DNA of 64,000 nucleotides, taken from contig JACPIY010000104.1 of NCBI GenBank assembly GCA_016187835.1, positions 5,327-69,326 on the forward strand, in the 5' to 3' direction. The DNA is from Deltaproteobacteria bacterium. Lineage in GTDB: Bacteria; Desulfobacterota_D; UBA1144; Nemesobacterales; CSP1-2. The position numbers and the translations under genes are program-made. Shown here in pieces: positions 40,048 through 49,079 of the stretch (position 1 is its first letter; each line of letters opens with the position of its first letter). The notes beneath the pieces were generated by a model. It searched no databases. It worked only from the letters and a program-made list of their open reading frames with translations, and was not told where the DNA came from.

Positions 40048-41529
40048 TTATTCCAACCACTCGCGGACGTATGGAAAGCCGACGGGTAAATTATCTATGA
40101 GCCGGGCTAGAGCACGAACCTTGCTGTTTTGTTCAAGGTCTAGGGGTTTGAGGATTTCTTCACGAGTAGGGATACTTTCTTTAGAAGGACCAGCCTGAAT
40201 TTCGTTAAGATAATGTAGGAACCAGAGGAGTATTCGCCTGGCCAGATTTCTGGCATTACGAAGGTGCCCCACATAAGTCTGCTCCTGAAATGGATTGCCG
40301 TGAACCAGATTACATCGAAAATCGTATAGCTCTTCGAACTGTTCCCTAATAGCTTTTCTTTCGTCCTCATCCTTTCCTAAGATATAGGCAACCCGCCGAG
40401 CTAATCGCTTCGTAACTCCCTTTCCTTTTTCTCCAAGAAGGGCCTCCAATACAGTAATATGCCATAACAACTGCTCCAGGCCTTTAGTGAAAAATGCTTT
40501 GACGAAATAGCCCAGAGGAATTTTGAGGAACGGTCTCTCATTTTCCATGGCTCTGAGGTTTTCAAGAAGATTCCCAGTGTGTTGGATAAAAGCTTTGAAT
40601 GAATCCGTTCCATCATTTTTAAGGTGGATATAAATCATGGGGCTCTCACCAATTTCCTCACCTGTCAAGGCATCAACAAATGGCTCTTTGCTCAACCTCA
40701 AAAGGTCAGGTGCTGCCCTTGGAGAATCGAGTAAGTTATCATCTATCATGAGAACAAAAGGGATACGAAATCCACGCCAACCTTTTTCCAATTCCTCTTC
40801 TTTATCAGTAGATAGCCCTTTCCACCAATCTGCTTGCCAATCAAAGAGGGTAAGATGTTGGAGAGTAGATTCAATAGCTTTAGGATATCTCGTGTATTCG
40901 ATGCTTACGCGATCTAGCTGACTCAGATCAAAAGGTAAATAAACCCAGCCTAACTTGGGAGTAGGGGCTAACTCTGTGAGGTAGACGAACCAGTAATCCT
41001 TTAGTTGCTCCACGTCAATATCAGCCCATGGATAAAAAACCTCGTTAACCTTATTTCTAAAAATTCCTCTCAGCTCATTTGCTGAGAACCGTCTAATCTG
41101 AAATGCCCCAAAGTCCATTGATTGCTCAGCGAATTGGACAAATTCCATTGGGGCAAGATAAGTGATCCGGATTTCTCGCTTTTGAAGGGCTTCACAATAG
41201 TTCTGTAATGCAGTATCGGCACTAGGAGGCTTATTTTTGAAGAGGTCAGAATAATACTCAGACCGACGGAAGAAATTCTTGACAGCTTGTTGCCACGCTG
41301 ATTCATTTTTACCGTGGTAGTCTCCCGAAAACGAAGAACGTGTTTCCGCCACTAATTGATGAAACTCAGCTTCGTTCTCCAATTCATCAACCAAGGTCCG
41401 CAGCTCCATTGCCTCATTCACATGCAGACGCAGCGTTCCCTTTGTCCTCACTTCTTCACTTCTTTTTTGAAGCTTTGATTGGACAGCATATATGTATCTG
41501 TGAAATGCCTGTTCCAGATCATCTGGCAT
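40048..41529 (-). CDS. uncharacterised 493-aa protein with C-terminal HEPN-like R-x4-HG motif; candidate defence/toxin effector
   Basis: No TM segment; C-terminal helical segment ...EQFEELYDFRCNLVHGNPFQEQTYVGHLRNARNLARR carries an Rx4H motif; N-terminal ~380 aa has no recognisable family; inside a toxin-antitoxin cluster. Confidence 0.6.
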   Translation of the reverse strand: MPDDLEQAFHRYIYAVQSKLQKRSEEVRTKGTLRLHVNEAMELRTLVDELENEAEFHQLVAETRSSFSGDYHGKNESAWQQAVKNFFRRSEYYSDLFKNKPPSADTALQNYCEALQKREIRITYLAPMEFVQFAEQSMDFGAFQIRRFSANELRGIFRNKVNEVFYPWADIDVEQLKDYWFVYLTELAPTPKLGWVYLPFDLSQLDRVSIEYTRYPKAIESTLQHLTLFDWQADWWKGLSTDKEEELEKGWRGFRIPFVLMIDDNLLDSPRAAPDLLRLSKEPFVDALTGEEIGESPMIYIHLKNDGTDSFKAFIQHTGNLLENLRAMENERPFLKIPLGYFVKAFFTKGLEQLLWHITVLEALLGEKGKGVTKRLARRVAYILGKDEDERKAIREQFEELYDFRCNLVHGNPFQEQTYVGHLRNARNLARRILLWFLHYLNEIQAGPSKESIPTREEILKPLDLEQNSKVRALARLIDNLPVGFPYVREWLE

Positions 41530-41728
41530 ATCTTTTCCTACCTCTAGACTCTGCGTTTGTGAAGTCTGCTAAAGGTGAATATTGGAATGTGGAGATTCCC
41601 ACATAATCGGTAAGTTCACGGTGAAGTAGAGTGAGAAATCTGAGAGCAGCAGGGCCAAGAGCCTTGTTTAAGGCTTCTACATCACTGATCATTATTTCTG
41701 TGTCATCCATTGCCTTTTTCTTATTCAT
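41519..41728 (-). CDS. hypothetical 69-aa protein, translationally coupled (11-nt overlap) to the downstream 493-aa gene; candidate antitoxin/partner
   Basis: ORF; start of the 493-aa gene overlaps its 3' end; basic C-terminus. Confidence 0.45.
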   Translation of the reverse strand: MNKKKAMDDTEIMISDVEALNKALGPAALRFLTLLHRELTDYVGISTFQYSPLADFTNAESRGRKRYAR

Positions 41729-41831
41729 CAGTGTACTCCTGTCTAATATAATCTACCGGATTCATAACTGTTATCTCGAGTTTCAATCGTAGTATAGAGA
41801 AGCTACAAATCCTGTGTTAGTCGAAGACCCC

Positions 41832-42065
41832 TCAAGCATACTCATAAAGAGGAATTGTCCTTGCAGGTTGGGTCGTTGTTCGTAGTAACTCTTCAATCCG
41901 ACGCACGGTCTCTGGCTTTAAGAGCACATCACCGCATACCGGACAGACTTCGGCTGGAACATGATCAATAACGATAATCTGTCCGCGATGCCGCACGGTA
42001 TGAACAATCTGTTGCTCTTCGTACTCGCCAGGGCACTCTTCAATACTGCACTTCATCTTTATCAC
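41832..42065 (-). CDS. YgiT-type zinc-finger protein (MqsA-like antitoxin N-domain family)
   Basis: 77 aa; two CxxC pairs (CSIEEC ... CPVCG) with the conserved spacing of YgiT-type zinc fingers; 4-nt overlap with upstream DUF4258 gene. Confidence 0.75.
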   Translation of the reverse strand: MIKMKCSIEECPGEYEEQQIVHTVRHRGQIIVIDHVPAEVCPVCGDVLLKPETVRRIEELLRTTTQPARTIPLYEYA

Positions 42066-42394
42066 CTCCTTTTACTAGGAGTCACCCACTTTGGTGGCTT
42101 GGGTTCATAAACCGTAATGATAATAAGTATCGGTTGTGCTGCCGTACACACAATGTGTAGAGGACGGTCATTCTGAGTAACACCGCTAACCAAACAACAG
42201 GCCCCTCGACGGTGTTCAGGATAGTTTTCCAAAATCTGTCCCGTAGCAATGGCTTGAAGAACTTCATCAAGCGTGATGCTCTTCTCAACCATCTCTTGCT
42301 GAGCATGTTGGGTGATGCGAATGTTCTCCCCCGTAGCCTGAGCATGTATCCGATCCAACACAGCTTCCAAATTGGTAACATCAAATTCACTCAT
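42062..42394 (-). CDS. DUF4258 domain protein (putative toxin)
   Basis: 110 aa; IRITQHAQQEMVEKSITLDEVLQAI matches the DUF4258 core; paired with the zinc-finger protein. Confidence 0.7.
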   Translation of the reverse strand: MSEFDVTNLEAVLDRIHAQATGENIRITQHAQQEMVEKSITLDEVLQAIATGQILENYPEHRRGACCLVSGVTQNDRPLHIVCTAAQPILIIITVYEPKPPKWVTPSKRR

Positions 42395-42432
42395 TACGAT
42401 GAAACCCGTTCCCCTCGAAATACTTGATTAAG

Positions 42433-42615
42433 TCACGGCGTTTTACCACCATCCTCCACCTCAACGGGTATTGGCTCTAACAGGACTCTCCCAAAAGGGA
42501 GTTCTTTATTTTGCTGCTGGTAAGCTAAGACCATTGCACGCAGGGCGTCTTCAAGCATTTCGCGATATTCTTCTAAGTTTCTCCACTCTGTTATCACTTC
42601 CAGCCACGCTATCAC
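42433..42615 (-). CDS. hypothetical 60-aa protein between DUF2283 and DUF4258 genes
   Basis: ORF only; acidic, helical. Confidence 0.3.
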   Translation of the reverse strand: MIAWLEVITEWRNLEEYREMLEDALRAMVLAYQQQNKELPFGRVLLEPIPVEVEDGGKTP

Positions 42616-42689
42616 TTGCCCATCATGTCATTTGCTTCACCTATTCAAATAACCGTTAATAACCGAATACTAACTGTAGCCAGCCCGAT

Positions 42690-42905
42690 TTATACCGCTT
42701 CTGGTGAAACTTTAAATTCCACAGGCAATAGCCTCTCCAAGTTAATATGTTTGGAAGCATCTACAATCTCAATGCCTATAATTCTGTTATCTTCACCAAT
42801 ATCTAGCACGACATCATCAGAGACTCGTTTGTTAACAACTTGCTGTTTCTGGTCATCCAGACGAAGGTAAAGTAAATCTGTTTTAGCATTATAAAGGATT
42901 TGCAT
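42690..42905 (-). CDS. DUF2283 domain protein (putative antitoxin-like)
   Basis: 71 aa; YNAKTDLLYLRL ... IIGIEIVDASK matches the DUF2283 pattern. Confidence 0.7.
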   Translation of the reverse strand: MQILYNAKTDLLYLRLDDQKQQVVNKRVSDDVVLDIGEDNRIIGIEIVDASKHINLERLLPVEFKVSPEAV

Positions 42906-42972
42906 CTTTTACCTCCTATTTTTTCCAGCAAAATACATTGACTGTGGATTTCTGTGTTATAGGGTTCGAAAC

Positions 42973-43200
42973 TTATTTCTCCAGTGCTTCTAAAAATTCT
43001 TCCACAGTTATGCCAGCTCTTGAAATTAGACTCCGCAATGTACCGCGAGCTACTTCTGGATGATTCGGTACAGAAAGTGTTGCTATGTGTCCTTCCTTAG
43101 TAAGGATAATATGACTACCTTTTTGACGAGCAACTTCCCATCCGAGTTTTTCAAAAGCCTTTACAACCTCACGAGGCTTCAATACCGGCACAAGAGGCAT
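42973..43200 (-). CDS. hicA: type II toxin HicA family (YcfA-like mRNA interferase)
   Basis: 75 aa; KPREVVKAFEKLGWEVARQKGSHIILTK with the catalytic GSH motif. Confidence 0.85.
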   Translation of the reverse strand: MPLVPVLKPREVVKAFEKLGWEVARQKGSHIILTKEGHIATLSVPNHPEVARGTLRSLISRAGITVEEFLEALEK

Positions 43201-43448
43201 TAGACATGAACCTCCACTTGGCGAGTCCTCACTGTTAGAGGCATACCTTTTTCAGCTCTTACTTCCAAACACTCCTTGATTGCCTCTTGAATATTCTTCT
43301 CTGCTTCATGTTCGGTTTTGCCCTGGCTAACACATCCGGGAATGGAAGGACATTCAGCTATAAACATTCCATCCTCATCTTGAAATATAGTAATAATAAA
43401 TTTCATGTCTTGGTCCTCCTCCTTTCTAATATTCCATTTTAAAATCAA
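43200..43448 (-). CDS. hicB: type II antitoxin HicB family (UPF0150)
   Basis: 82 aa; FIAECPSIPGCVSQGKTEHEAEKNIQEAIKECLE matches HicB N-domain; 1-nt overlap with hicA. Confidence 0.8.
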   Translation of the reverse strand: MILKWNIRKEEDQDMKFIITIFQDEDGMFIAECPSIPGCVSQGKTEHEAEKNIQEAIKECLEVRAEKGMPLTVRTRQVEVHV

Positions 43449-43458
43449 TTTTGCAATT

Positions 43459-44484
43459 CTACTTCTGAGGCTCGATTATGACCTTGATGGAATCCTTTGC
43501 ATCTGTGACCATTTGGAAGGCTCGTCCTGTCTCGGCTAGAGGGAGCCTGTGTGTAACCATGTCTTTTACATTTACACGTTTTGCCCTAATAAGCTCTATG
43601 GCTAAGGCGAGGTCGGCAGGGGCAGCAGCGTAGGAACTTGTTATGGTAACCCCATTCCACCAAATTTCATTAAATGGGAGAGAAATTTTTATGCCAGGAT
43701 CTGTCGGGGCAAAGAAGAGGATAGTTCCGCCCTTTTCTACTAAACCAAATGCTTGTTCAATAGCCAATGGGGAACCGGTGCAAACAATTACTAGGTCGGC
43801 AAGTCGTCCCTCATTAATCTTGCGGAGCCGCTTTGGCACATCTTCTTTTGCATGAATAGCAGCCTCGGCTCCAAAACGAAGTGCGGCTTTTAGCCTGTAC
43901 TCGTTTATGTCAGTGGCAATAATACGGCCTGCACCCTGAGCACACGCAAGCTGAATATGAAGCAACCCCGTCATTCCGCTTCCCATAACGAGCACACTGC
44001 TTCCCATCTCAAAACGTGCTAGACGCTGTCCTCTTATAGCGCAACCGAGCGGTTCGACAAACAAGCCTTCTTCATAAGAAACCTCACCGGGAAGCACAAA
44101 TACTCCGCGATCAACGTTTATAGAAGGGACACGGATATACTCAGAAAAACCTCCAGGATCAAAATGGGTTTTTCTGAGCGTTTCACAGGCTGAGTGATTA
44201 CCTCTCAGGCAATGGTAGCATGTATTACACGGGACATGGTGTGTGGCAATGACTCTGTCTCCTTTTTTAAACTTTTGGCCGCCGTCGCCCACCTCTACTA
44301 CTTCACCGGAAATTTCATGTCCTAATACCAAAGGCGCTTTAGGGAGGCGATACCATTCCATAACATCGCTTCCACAAACCCCACTTGCTTCAACCCTTAT
44401 AAGAAGCTCTCCGGGACCAATATTTGGGGTTGGTATCTCCTCAAGACGCACATCCCGATTGTTATAGTACATTGCTACACGCAT
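43459..44484 (-). CDS. zinc-dependent alcohol dehydrogenase (MDR family, threonine/sorbitol dehydrogenase-like)
   Basis: Catalytic Zn motif GVCGSDV...GHE, structural Zn Cys cluster CNTCYHCLRGNHSAC, Rossmann VLVMGSGMTGL; ATG at 44484 preferred over TTG at 44496. Confidence 0.9.
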   Translation of the reverse strand: MRVAMYYNNRDVRLEEIPTPNIGPGELLIRVEASGVCGSDVMEWYRLPKAPLVLGHEISGEVVEVGDGGQKFKKGDRVIATHHVPCNTCYHCLRGNHSACETLRKTHFDPGGFSEYIRVPSINVDRGVFVLPGEVSYEEGLFVEPLGCAIRGQRLARFEMGSSVLVMGSGMTGLLHIQLACAQGAGRIIATDINEYRLKAALRFGAEAAIHAKEDVPKRLRKINEGRLADLVIVCTGSPLAIEQAFGLVEKGGTILFFAPTDPGIKISLPFNEIWWNGVTITSSYAAAPADLALAIELIRAKRVNVKDMVTHRLPLAETGRAFQMVTDAKDSIKVIIEPQK

Positions 44485-44637
44485 ATCTAGGAACAAGCAC
44501 CAATAATAAAATTACAAGCACCAAATACCGAACGCTTAGAATTTAGGATTTAGAAATTGAAAATTGTTTGGTATTTGTGACTTGAGATTTGGAATTTGTG
44601 TTTCCACTCGTAACTAATCAAACAAAATGCTTTTCAG

Positions 44638-45456
44638 CTAACTAGCACTAGCAGCTTTTTTACCTTCTTTGTCCTTGAGGGTTCTGAATAAATCATGAGC
44701 TTCTTTCGGTTTGTAGTTCTCATGAACAACGGCACGAATAGCAGTAATCATCGGCACCGGATAATCGGATTGCCAAATATTTCTGCCCATATCTACTCCT
44801 ACGGCACCCTGTTGAACGGCATTATATGCCATCTCCAGCGCATCAAGCTCTGTTTCCAGCTTAGGTCCTCCAGCTATCACTATCGGGACAGGACAGCTTT
44901 CTGTTACCTTCTCAAAATCATCGCAGTAATATGTTTTTACCAAGTGCGCTCCGAGTTCTGCGCATATACGGCAACACAAAGACAGAAAGCGAGCGTCACG
45001 TTTTTCAAGCTCCCTGCCAACGGCGGTTATTGCTAGAACCGGGATGCCGTATTCCTCACCCTGATTTACAAGCTCTGCAAGACCAAGAAGTGTCTGGCGT
45101 TCATGCTCAGTTCCTACAAACACGGACAAGCCGATGCCAGCGACATTAAGACGAATGGCTTCCTTGATTGAAGTAGTTATCCCTTCGTCGGAGAGGGAAG
45201 GACCGATTATGCTTACGCCTCCTGATACGCGTAAAACCACATTTGCCCCTGAGCCAGGATCTATAGACGAACGTAGAACACCTCGCGTAAGCATTAGAGA
45301 ATCTGCGTAGGGAATAAGCGGCTCAATCGTTCTTCGAGGCACTTCCAACCTAGTTGTAGGTCCCAAAAAATATCCGTGATCTACTGCTAACATGACGGCT
45401 CGGCCGGTATCGGGCTTTATGATCCTAGCCATACGATTTTTCATTCCCCAATCCAT
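44638..45456 (-). CDS. class I aldolase, DhnA/FbaB (archaeal-type) family
   Basis: 272 aa TIM-barrel aldolase with conserved Schiff-base Lys region (LVKTYY). Confidence 0.75.
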   Translation of the reverse strand: MDWGMKNRMARIIKPDTGRAVMLAVDHGYFLGPTTRLEVPRRTIEPLIPYADSLMLTRGVLRSSIDPGSGANVVLRVSGGVSIIGPSLSDEGITTSIKEAIRLNVAGIGLSVFVGTEHERQTLLGLAELVNQGEEYGIPVLAITAVGRELEKRDARFLSLCCRICAELGAHLVKTYYCDDFEKVTESCPVPIVIAGGPKLETELDALEMAYNAVQQGAVGVDMGRNIWQSDYPVPMITAIRAVVHENYKPKEAHDLFRTLKDKEGKKAASAS

Positions 45457-45733
45457 TTTATAACACCTCTCTTTCTCTTGTTTTCAAAAGACTTTAAAGC
45501 AAGGGGGAGAAAAAGTCAACCTAAAAGCGAAAACATATTTAATATGTGTTTCACTAAATAATCAAAAGATTACAGGTAGTTTCTAGGTCAAATTTCTTAA
45601 GAGAAAACTTATTGGAATCATTAGTACATTCTTATTAGCAAATGCACACAGACAAAGTCGTTATAACTAATAAAATCCAGGTGCAGCAGAGTAATAACCC
45701 CGCACAATTTCTTCGCAATTGCGTAGAAAACAC

Positions 45734-45762
45734 TTGACAAGCACCCATTCCTGTATTATATT
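45734..45762 (+). promoter_or_regulatory. sigma-70-like promoter TTGACA-N17-TATATT
   Basis: Perfect -35 hexamer, 17-nt spacer, near-consensus -10; 35 nt upstream of the phasin-like gene. Confidence 0.45.
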
Positions 45763-45796
45763 CTGAACAAGTTAAATTTATTTGGAGGGTATGCAA

Positions 45797-46213
45797 ATGG
45801 CCGAGACCAAAGAAACATTTAAAGTAAAGGATTTGACCGAGACAGTAAAAGGACTTACTGGATTGGTGAAAGAAAATTATCTAAATGGGGTGGAATTAGC
45901 TCTATCCGTTTGGGCTGAGAATCTAAAGGTTTTAGATAATCAGGTTGATCAGTTGTTTAATTTTCAGCAGGAATATATCAAGGCTGGAAAAGAATTCCAA
46001 AAAAAGCTTCCAAAGGAAGCAGGAACATTCTTGGATGGAAATTCAAAGGTCATAGATGAATTTGATCGCCTTGTAACTTTTCAGAAAGACTACGTTAAAT
46101 CTGTTAGAAGCATTTCAGACAAATTTAGGAAAGAGACTGTAAACCTTACTCAGAAGAACGTAGAGAAAGCTTTTTCTCTTGTTGACGATTATCTAAACTT
46201 GTTCAAGGCATAA
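45797..46213 (+). CDS. phasin-like / hypothetical helical protein
   Basis: Lys/Glu-rich all-helical protein; GGAGGG RBS 7 nt before ATG 45797 (ORF track TTG at 45782); strong sigma70-like promoter upstream. Confidence 0.5.
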   Translation: MAETKETFKVKDLTETVKGLTGLVKENYLNGVELALSVWAENLKVLDNQVDQLFNFQQEYIKAGKEFQKKLPKEAGTFLDGNSKVIDEFDRLVTFQKDYVKSVRSISDKFRKETVNLTQKNVEKAFSLVDDYLNLFKA

Positions 46214-46334
46214 AGTTGCTTTACAGCGCAGTTGGGTTAAAGACTCATCCGCGCTGTAAATACTAAGTTTCAATGGGGACTTCTGAGCGGGATTTTGTAG
46301 CATAACTAATTTGGGGTTATAGGAGGTGGCTTTT

Positions 46335-46700
46335 ATGCAAGAGAATATTCAGGCACAGGATCTCAAGCAGTCAATCGTTATGGCTTTTAACCTTGGTGTA
46401 TGGTTGAAACAGCAAAAAGGTCAGACTGGTAATGTCTCAGAGGCGGCCAAGGAGCTCAAGGATATGATTTACTGGAATTTGAATAAACAGTATGGGGAAA
46501 CATATCCGGCTGATCTCTTAAACACAAACGTCGAATATTTTCTACAGATTGCCCTTTTGGGATATATACTTCCCGAAGTCTGTCTCCCTGATGAAGAATT
46601 AAAGAGCAGACTACTTGCTCTTATAGAAGCTAAGGCTAGAGGAGGGGCTTTTCAACCGGCGGTTGAAGAACAAACTACTGAAATAACTTTTCATAATTAG
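46335..46700 (+). CDS. hypothetical protein
   Basis: AGGAGG RBS 8 nt upstream of ATG 46335 (ORF track GTG 46326); no family recognised. Confidence 0.55.
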   Translation: MQENIQAQDLKQSIVMAFNLGVWLKQQKGQTGNVSEAAKELKDMIYWNLNKQYGETYPADLLNTNVEYFLQIALLGYILPEVCLPDEELKSRLLALIEAKARGGAFQPAVEEQTTEITFHN

Positions 46701-46976
46701 CTCTTTGAATCAATTCTAAATATGATTAATTTCTAAACTTCGCTAATATTCATTAAAGGTCTTTCGCACAACTTAAGAGCAAGGACAGTAGTGGTGTGTT
46801 TTTTGCCCTTTAACCTTTGAGCTTATTTTACGATAGGGAGTGAAAATCAATCAAGCTAGGTTAAGGAATAATTTAAAACGATTAAAAGAATAAGAGGTAT
46901 TTACTTTCAGAAATAATCATGAATATGGAAGTTATAGTTGAAACAATTTAGCTATGTGATAAAAAGGAGAATAATT

Positions 46977-47417
46977 ATGAATAATGACAGATACGAACGC
47001 GGTGCGGAGAAGTTTAAAGAAATTAAGGGTGAAAACGGTGAAGAGGCTATCGAGCGCTTGAAGGAGCTTGATCCTGACTTAGCTCGCTATGTAATTGAAT
47101 TTCCATTTGGAGATATTTACGCTCGCCCCGGGTTAGATCTGAAATCAAGGGAGATTGCTACTGTTGCGGCACTTATTGCATTAGGTAATGCTGTTCTACA
47201 ATTGAAAGTACACATTCGAAGTGCGCTTAATGTAGGTGTATCACGCCAGGAGATCATTGAGATTATTATTCAAATGGCAGTTTACGCAGGTTTTCCGGCT
47301 GCGCTTAACGCTATGCGTGCCGCAAAAGAGGTGTTTGAAGAACTGGATGAGAAAGAGGAAAACCAGACACCCAAAAATTTAAAACCAGAAAAGGTACTAC
47401 CGCATTTAATAAAATAA
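46977..47417 (+). CDS. carboxymuconolactone decarboxylase family protein (PcaC/AhpD-like)
   Basis: CMD-domain signature IATVAALIALGNAVLQLKVHIRSALNVGVSRQEIIEIIIQMAVYAGFPAALNAM; AAGGAG RBS 7 nt before ATG 46977. Confidence 0.85.
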   Translation: MNNDRYERGAEKFKEIKGENGEEAIERLKELDPDLARYVIEFPFGDIYARPGLDLKSREIATVAALIALGNAVLQLKVHIRSALNVGVSRQEIIEIIIQMAVYAGFPAALNAMRAAKEVFEELDEKEENQTPKNLKPEKVLPHLIK

Positions 47418-47418
47418 A

Positions 47419-48378
47419 ATGAAAAATCATAAGTCCGGCAAAGTAGAAGTAAACGACATAAATATATATTATGAAATTCATGGAAAAGGAGAGCCCCTTC
47501 TTCTTGTTGAGGGGCTGGGATGCTCAAGCTGGATGTGGTTTAAACAGATTCCCGATTTTTCCAGAGAATATAAGGTTATTGTTTTTGATAACCGTGGAGT
47601 TGGAGATACCGATAAGCCTGATATGGAGTACACGATGGAGATGATGGCGGATGATGCTGCAGGGGTTCTAAAAGCTCTGGGGATAGAATCAGCCCATGTC
47701 CTTGGAGTCTCGATGGGTGGTTTTATTGCCCAGGAGATAGCTATAAATTATCCAGACATGGTGAAGAGCCTTGCTCTAGTTTCAACTAGCTTTAGCGGAA
47801 GAGACATTATGCATAGAGGCTCCAGCTCACTCTTCAGCACTTTTGCGGGCTTATGGGAACTAATTCCCGCAATGCTCGAATTCCGTGGAAAGGTAAATGC
47901 CCCAATGGCTAATTCCTTCGGCTTAACAACAGAAAAAAAGATTCGTTATGGGTTATCTTTAGCTTTTGCGCCGGAATATTTTAACAGTCATATCGAAGAA
48001 ATTGACCGTATTGTAGAATGGAGGCTTGTCCATCCACAGCCACTCTACGCTTGGAAACGCCAGCTAATCGCTGGAATGAAATTCGATGCGACCGATAGAG
48101 CACATCAAATCAAAGCCCCTACTCTTGTGGTAACCGGGTCTGAAGACAGAGTAGTCCAGCCTGAGAGTTCAAAACGTCTTGTGGAGAAAATCCCAAATTC
48201 AAGGTTTGTTGAAGTCCAAGGAACGGGGCATTTGCCCTTTATCGAGCAGGCAGAGGAGTTTAACAAAATGGTACTCAGTTTCTTGAAGGAAGTTACAAAA
48301 GACAAGGAAGCTGTGATAATAATGAAAGAAATGAGAAAATGGTGGAGGAGAATCGTTTCTTTCTTCTTCAGTTACTAA
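47419..48378 (+). CDS. alpha/beta-fold hydrolase (3-oxoadipate enol-lactonase PcaD-like)
   Basis: Nucleophile elbow GVSMGG, oxyanion HGxG region LLLVEGLGCS, catalytic His near C-terminus (GTGHLPF). Confidence 0.8.
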   Translation: MKNHKSGKVEVNDINIYYEIHGKGEPLLLVEGLGCSSWMWFKQIPDFSREYKVIVFDNRGVGDTDKPDMEYTMEMMADDAAGVLKALGIESAHVLGVSMGGFIAQEIAINYPDMVKSLALVSTSFSGRDIMHRGSSSLFSTFAGLWELIPAMLEFRGKVNAPMANSFGLTTEKKIRYGLSLAFAPEYFNSHIEEIDRIVEWRLVHPQPLYAWKRQLIAGMKFDATDRAHQIKAPTLVVTGSEDRVVQPESSKRLVEKIPNSRFVEVQGTGHLPFIEQAEEFNKMVLSFLKEVTKDKEAVIIMKEMRKWWRRIVSFFFSY

Positions 48379-48438
48379 TCTAAATTTGCACTGTACAAGA
48401 AAAGATATCTTTGTCTTCTGTCTACAAATTGATCTAAA

Positions 48439-48936
48439 TTATTCCTCGCCGTCCCAGTAATCAACTTGAGTGTCATCTCGTAGGTATTTATGCAATGTGC
48501 GTTTTTCCTTAGAACCACCAGGTGCTGCCCCCACAAAGATACCAATCTTTTTAGAATCAGGATAGACAATTACATCTGGTTCAATCATGGTGGAGAAACA
48601 TAAGTAGCGCAGTGTTTTATCTGATGAGTTTATGATTTGATGCGCTCCTCTTCCTATTGGAAATGTAATATAATCCCCTTTTGTAATTTCTACTTCCTCT
48701 CCTTCGATCCGAAGGGTACCTTTACCCTCTAAAACGTATATAGCCTCCTCATTTGCTGAGTGATAGTGATAAGGCCAGGCTCTTCTACCCGGCGGAATTT
48801 CATACAAGCTACAACCTAACTTCTCTCCTCCGGTAGCGCCGCTTAACGATTTGCGCCGAAAGCCGAATTTTTCACCGTGAGATTGCTCAACCCATTTCAG
48901 GTCGTCTTCGTGAGTGACGTTTGGATGTTTCTTCAT
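48439..48936 (-). CDS. cupin domain protein
   Basis: 165 aa; cupin motifs (HYHSANEEAIYVLEG ... GDYITFP). Confidence 0.7.
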   Translation of the reverse strand: MKKHPNVTHEDDLKWVEQSHGEKFGFRRKSLSGATGGEKLGCSLYEIPPGRRAWPYHYHSANEEAIYVLEGKGTLRIEGEEVEITKGDYITFPIGRGAHQIINSSDKTLRYLCFSTMIEPDVIVYPDSKKIGIFVGAAPGGSKEKRTLHKYLRDDTQVDYWDGEE

Positions 48937-48965
48937 AATTTCCTCCGTTTATTTAAGATTGTACA

Positions 48966-48994
48966 GTAGAGACGACCCGGCGGGTCGTCTCTAC
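48966..48994. repeat. 29-nt perfect palindrome GTAGAGACGACCCGGCGGGTCGTCTCTAC (REP-like) downstream of bioF
   Basis: Seen directly; 14-bp stem. Confidence 0.7.
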
Positions 48995-49079
48995 ATTAAA
49001 TCCAAAATCCCAATGTATTATTGTAGAGGTAACCCTTGCGGTTACCCCCTAAGCCATTATATGCGGGCTAGGTTCGCCC

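Noticed and set aside
42471-42870. Plus-strand ORFs 42471..42659 and 42616..42870 in the TA island
   Set aside because: Antisense to the small TA genes, low-complexity Ser/Leu-rich products.
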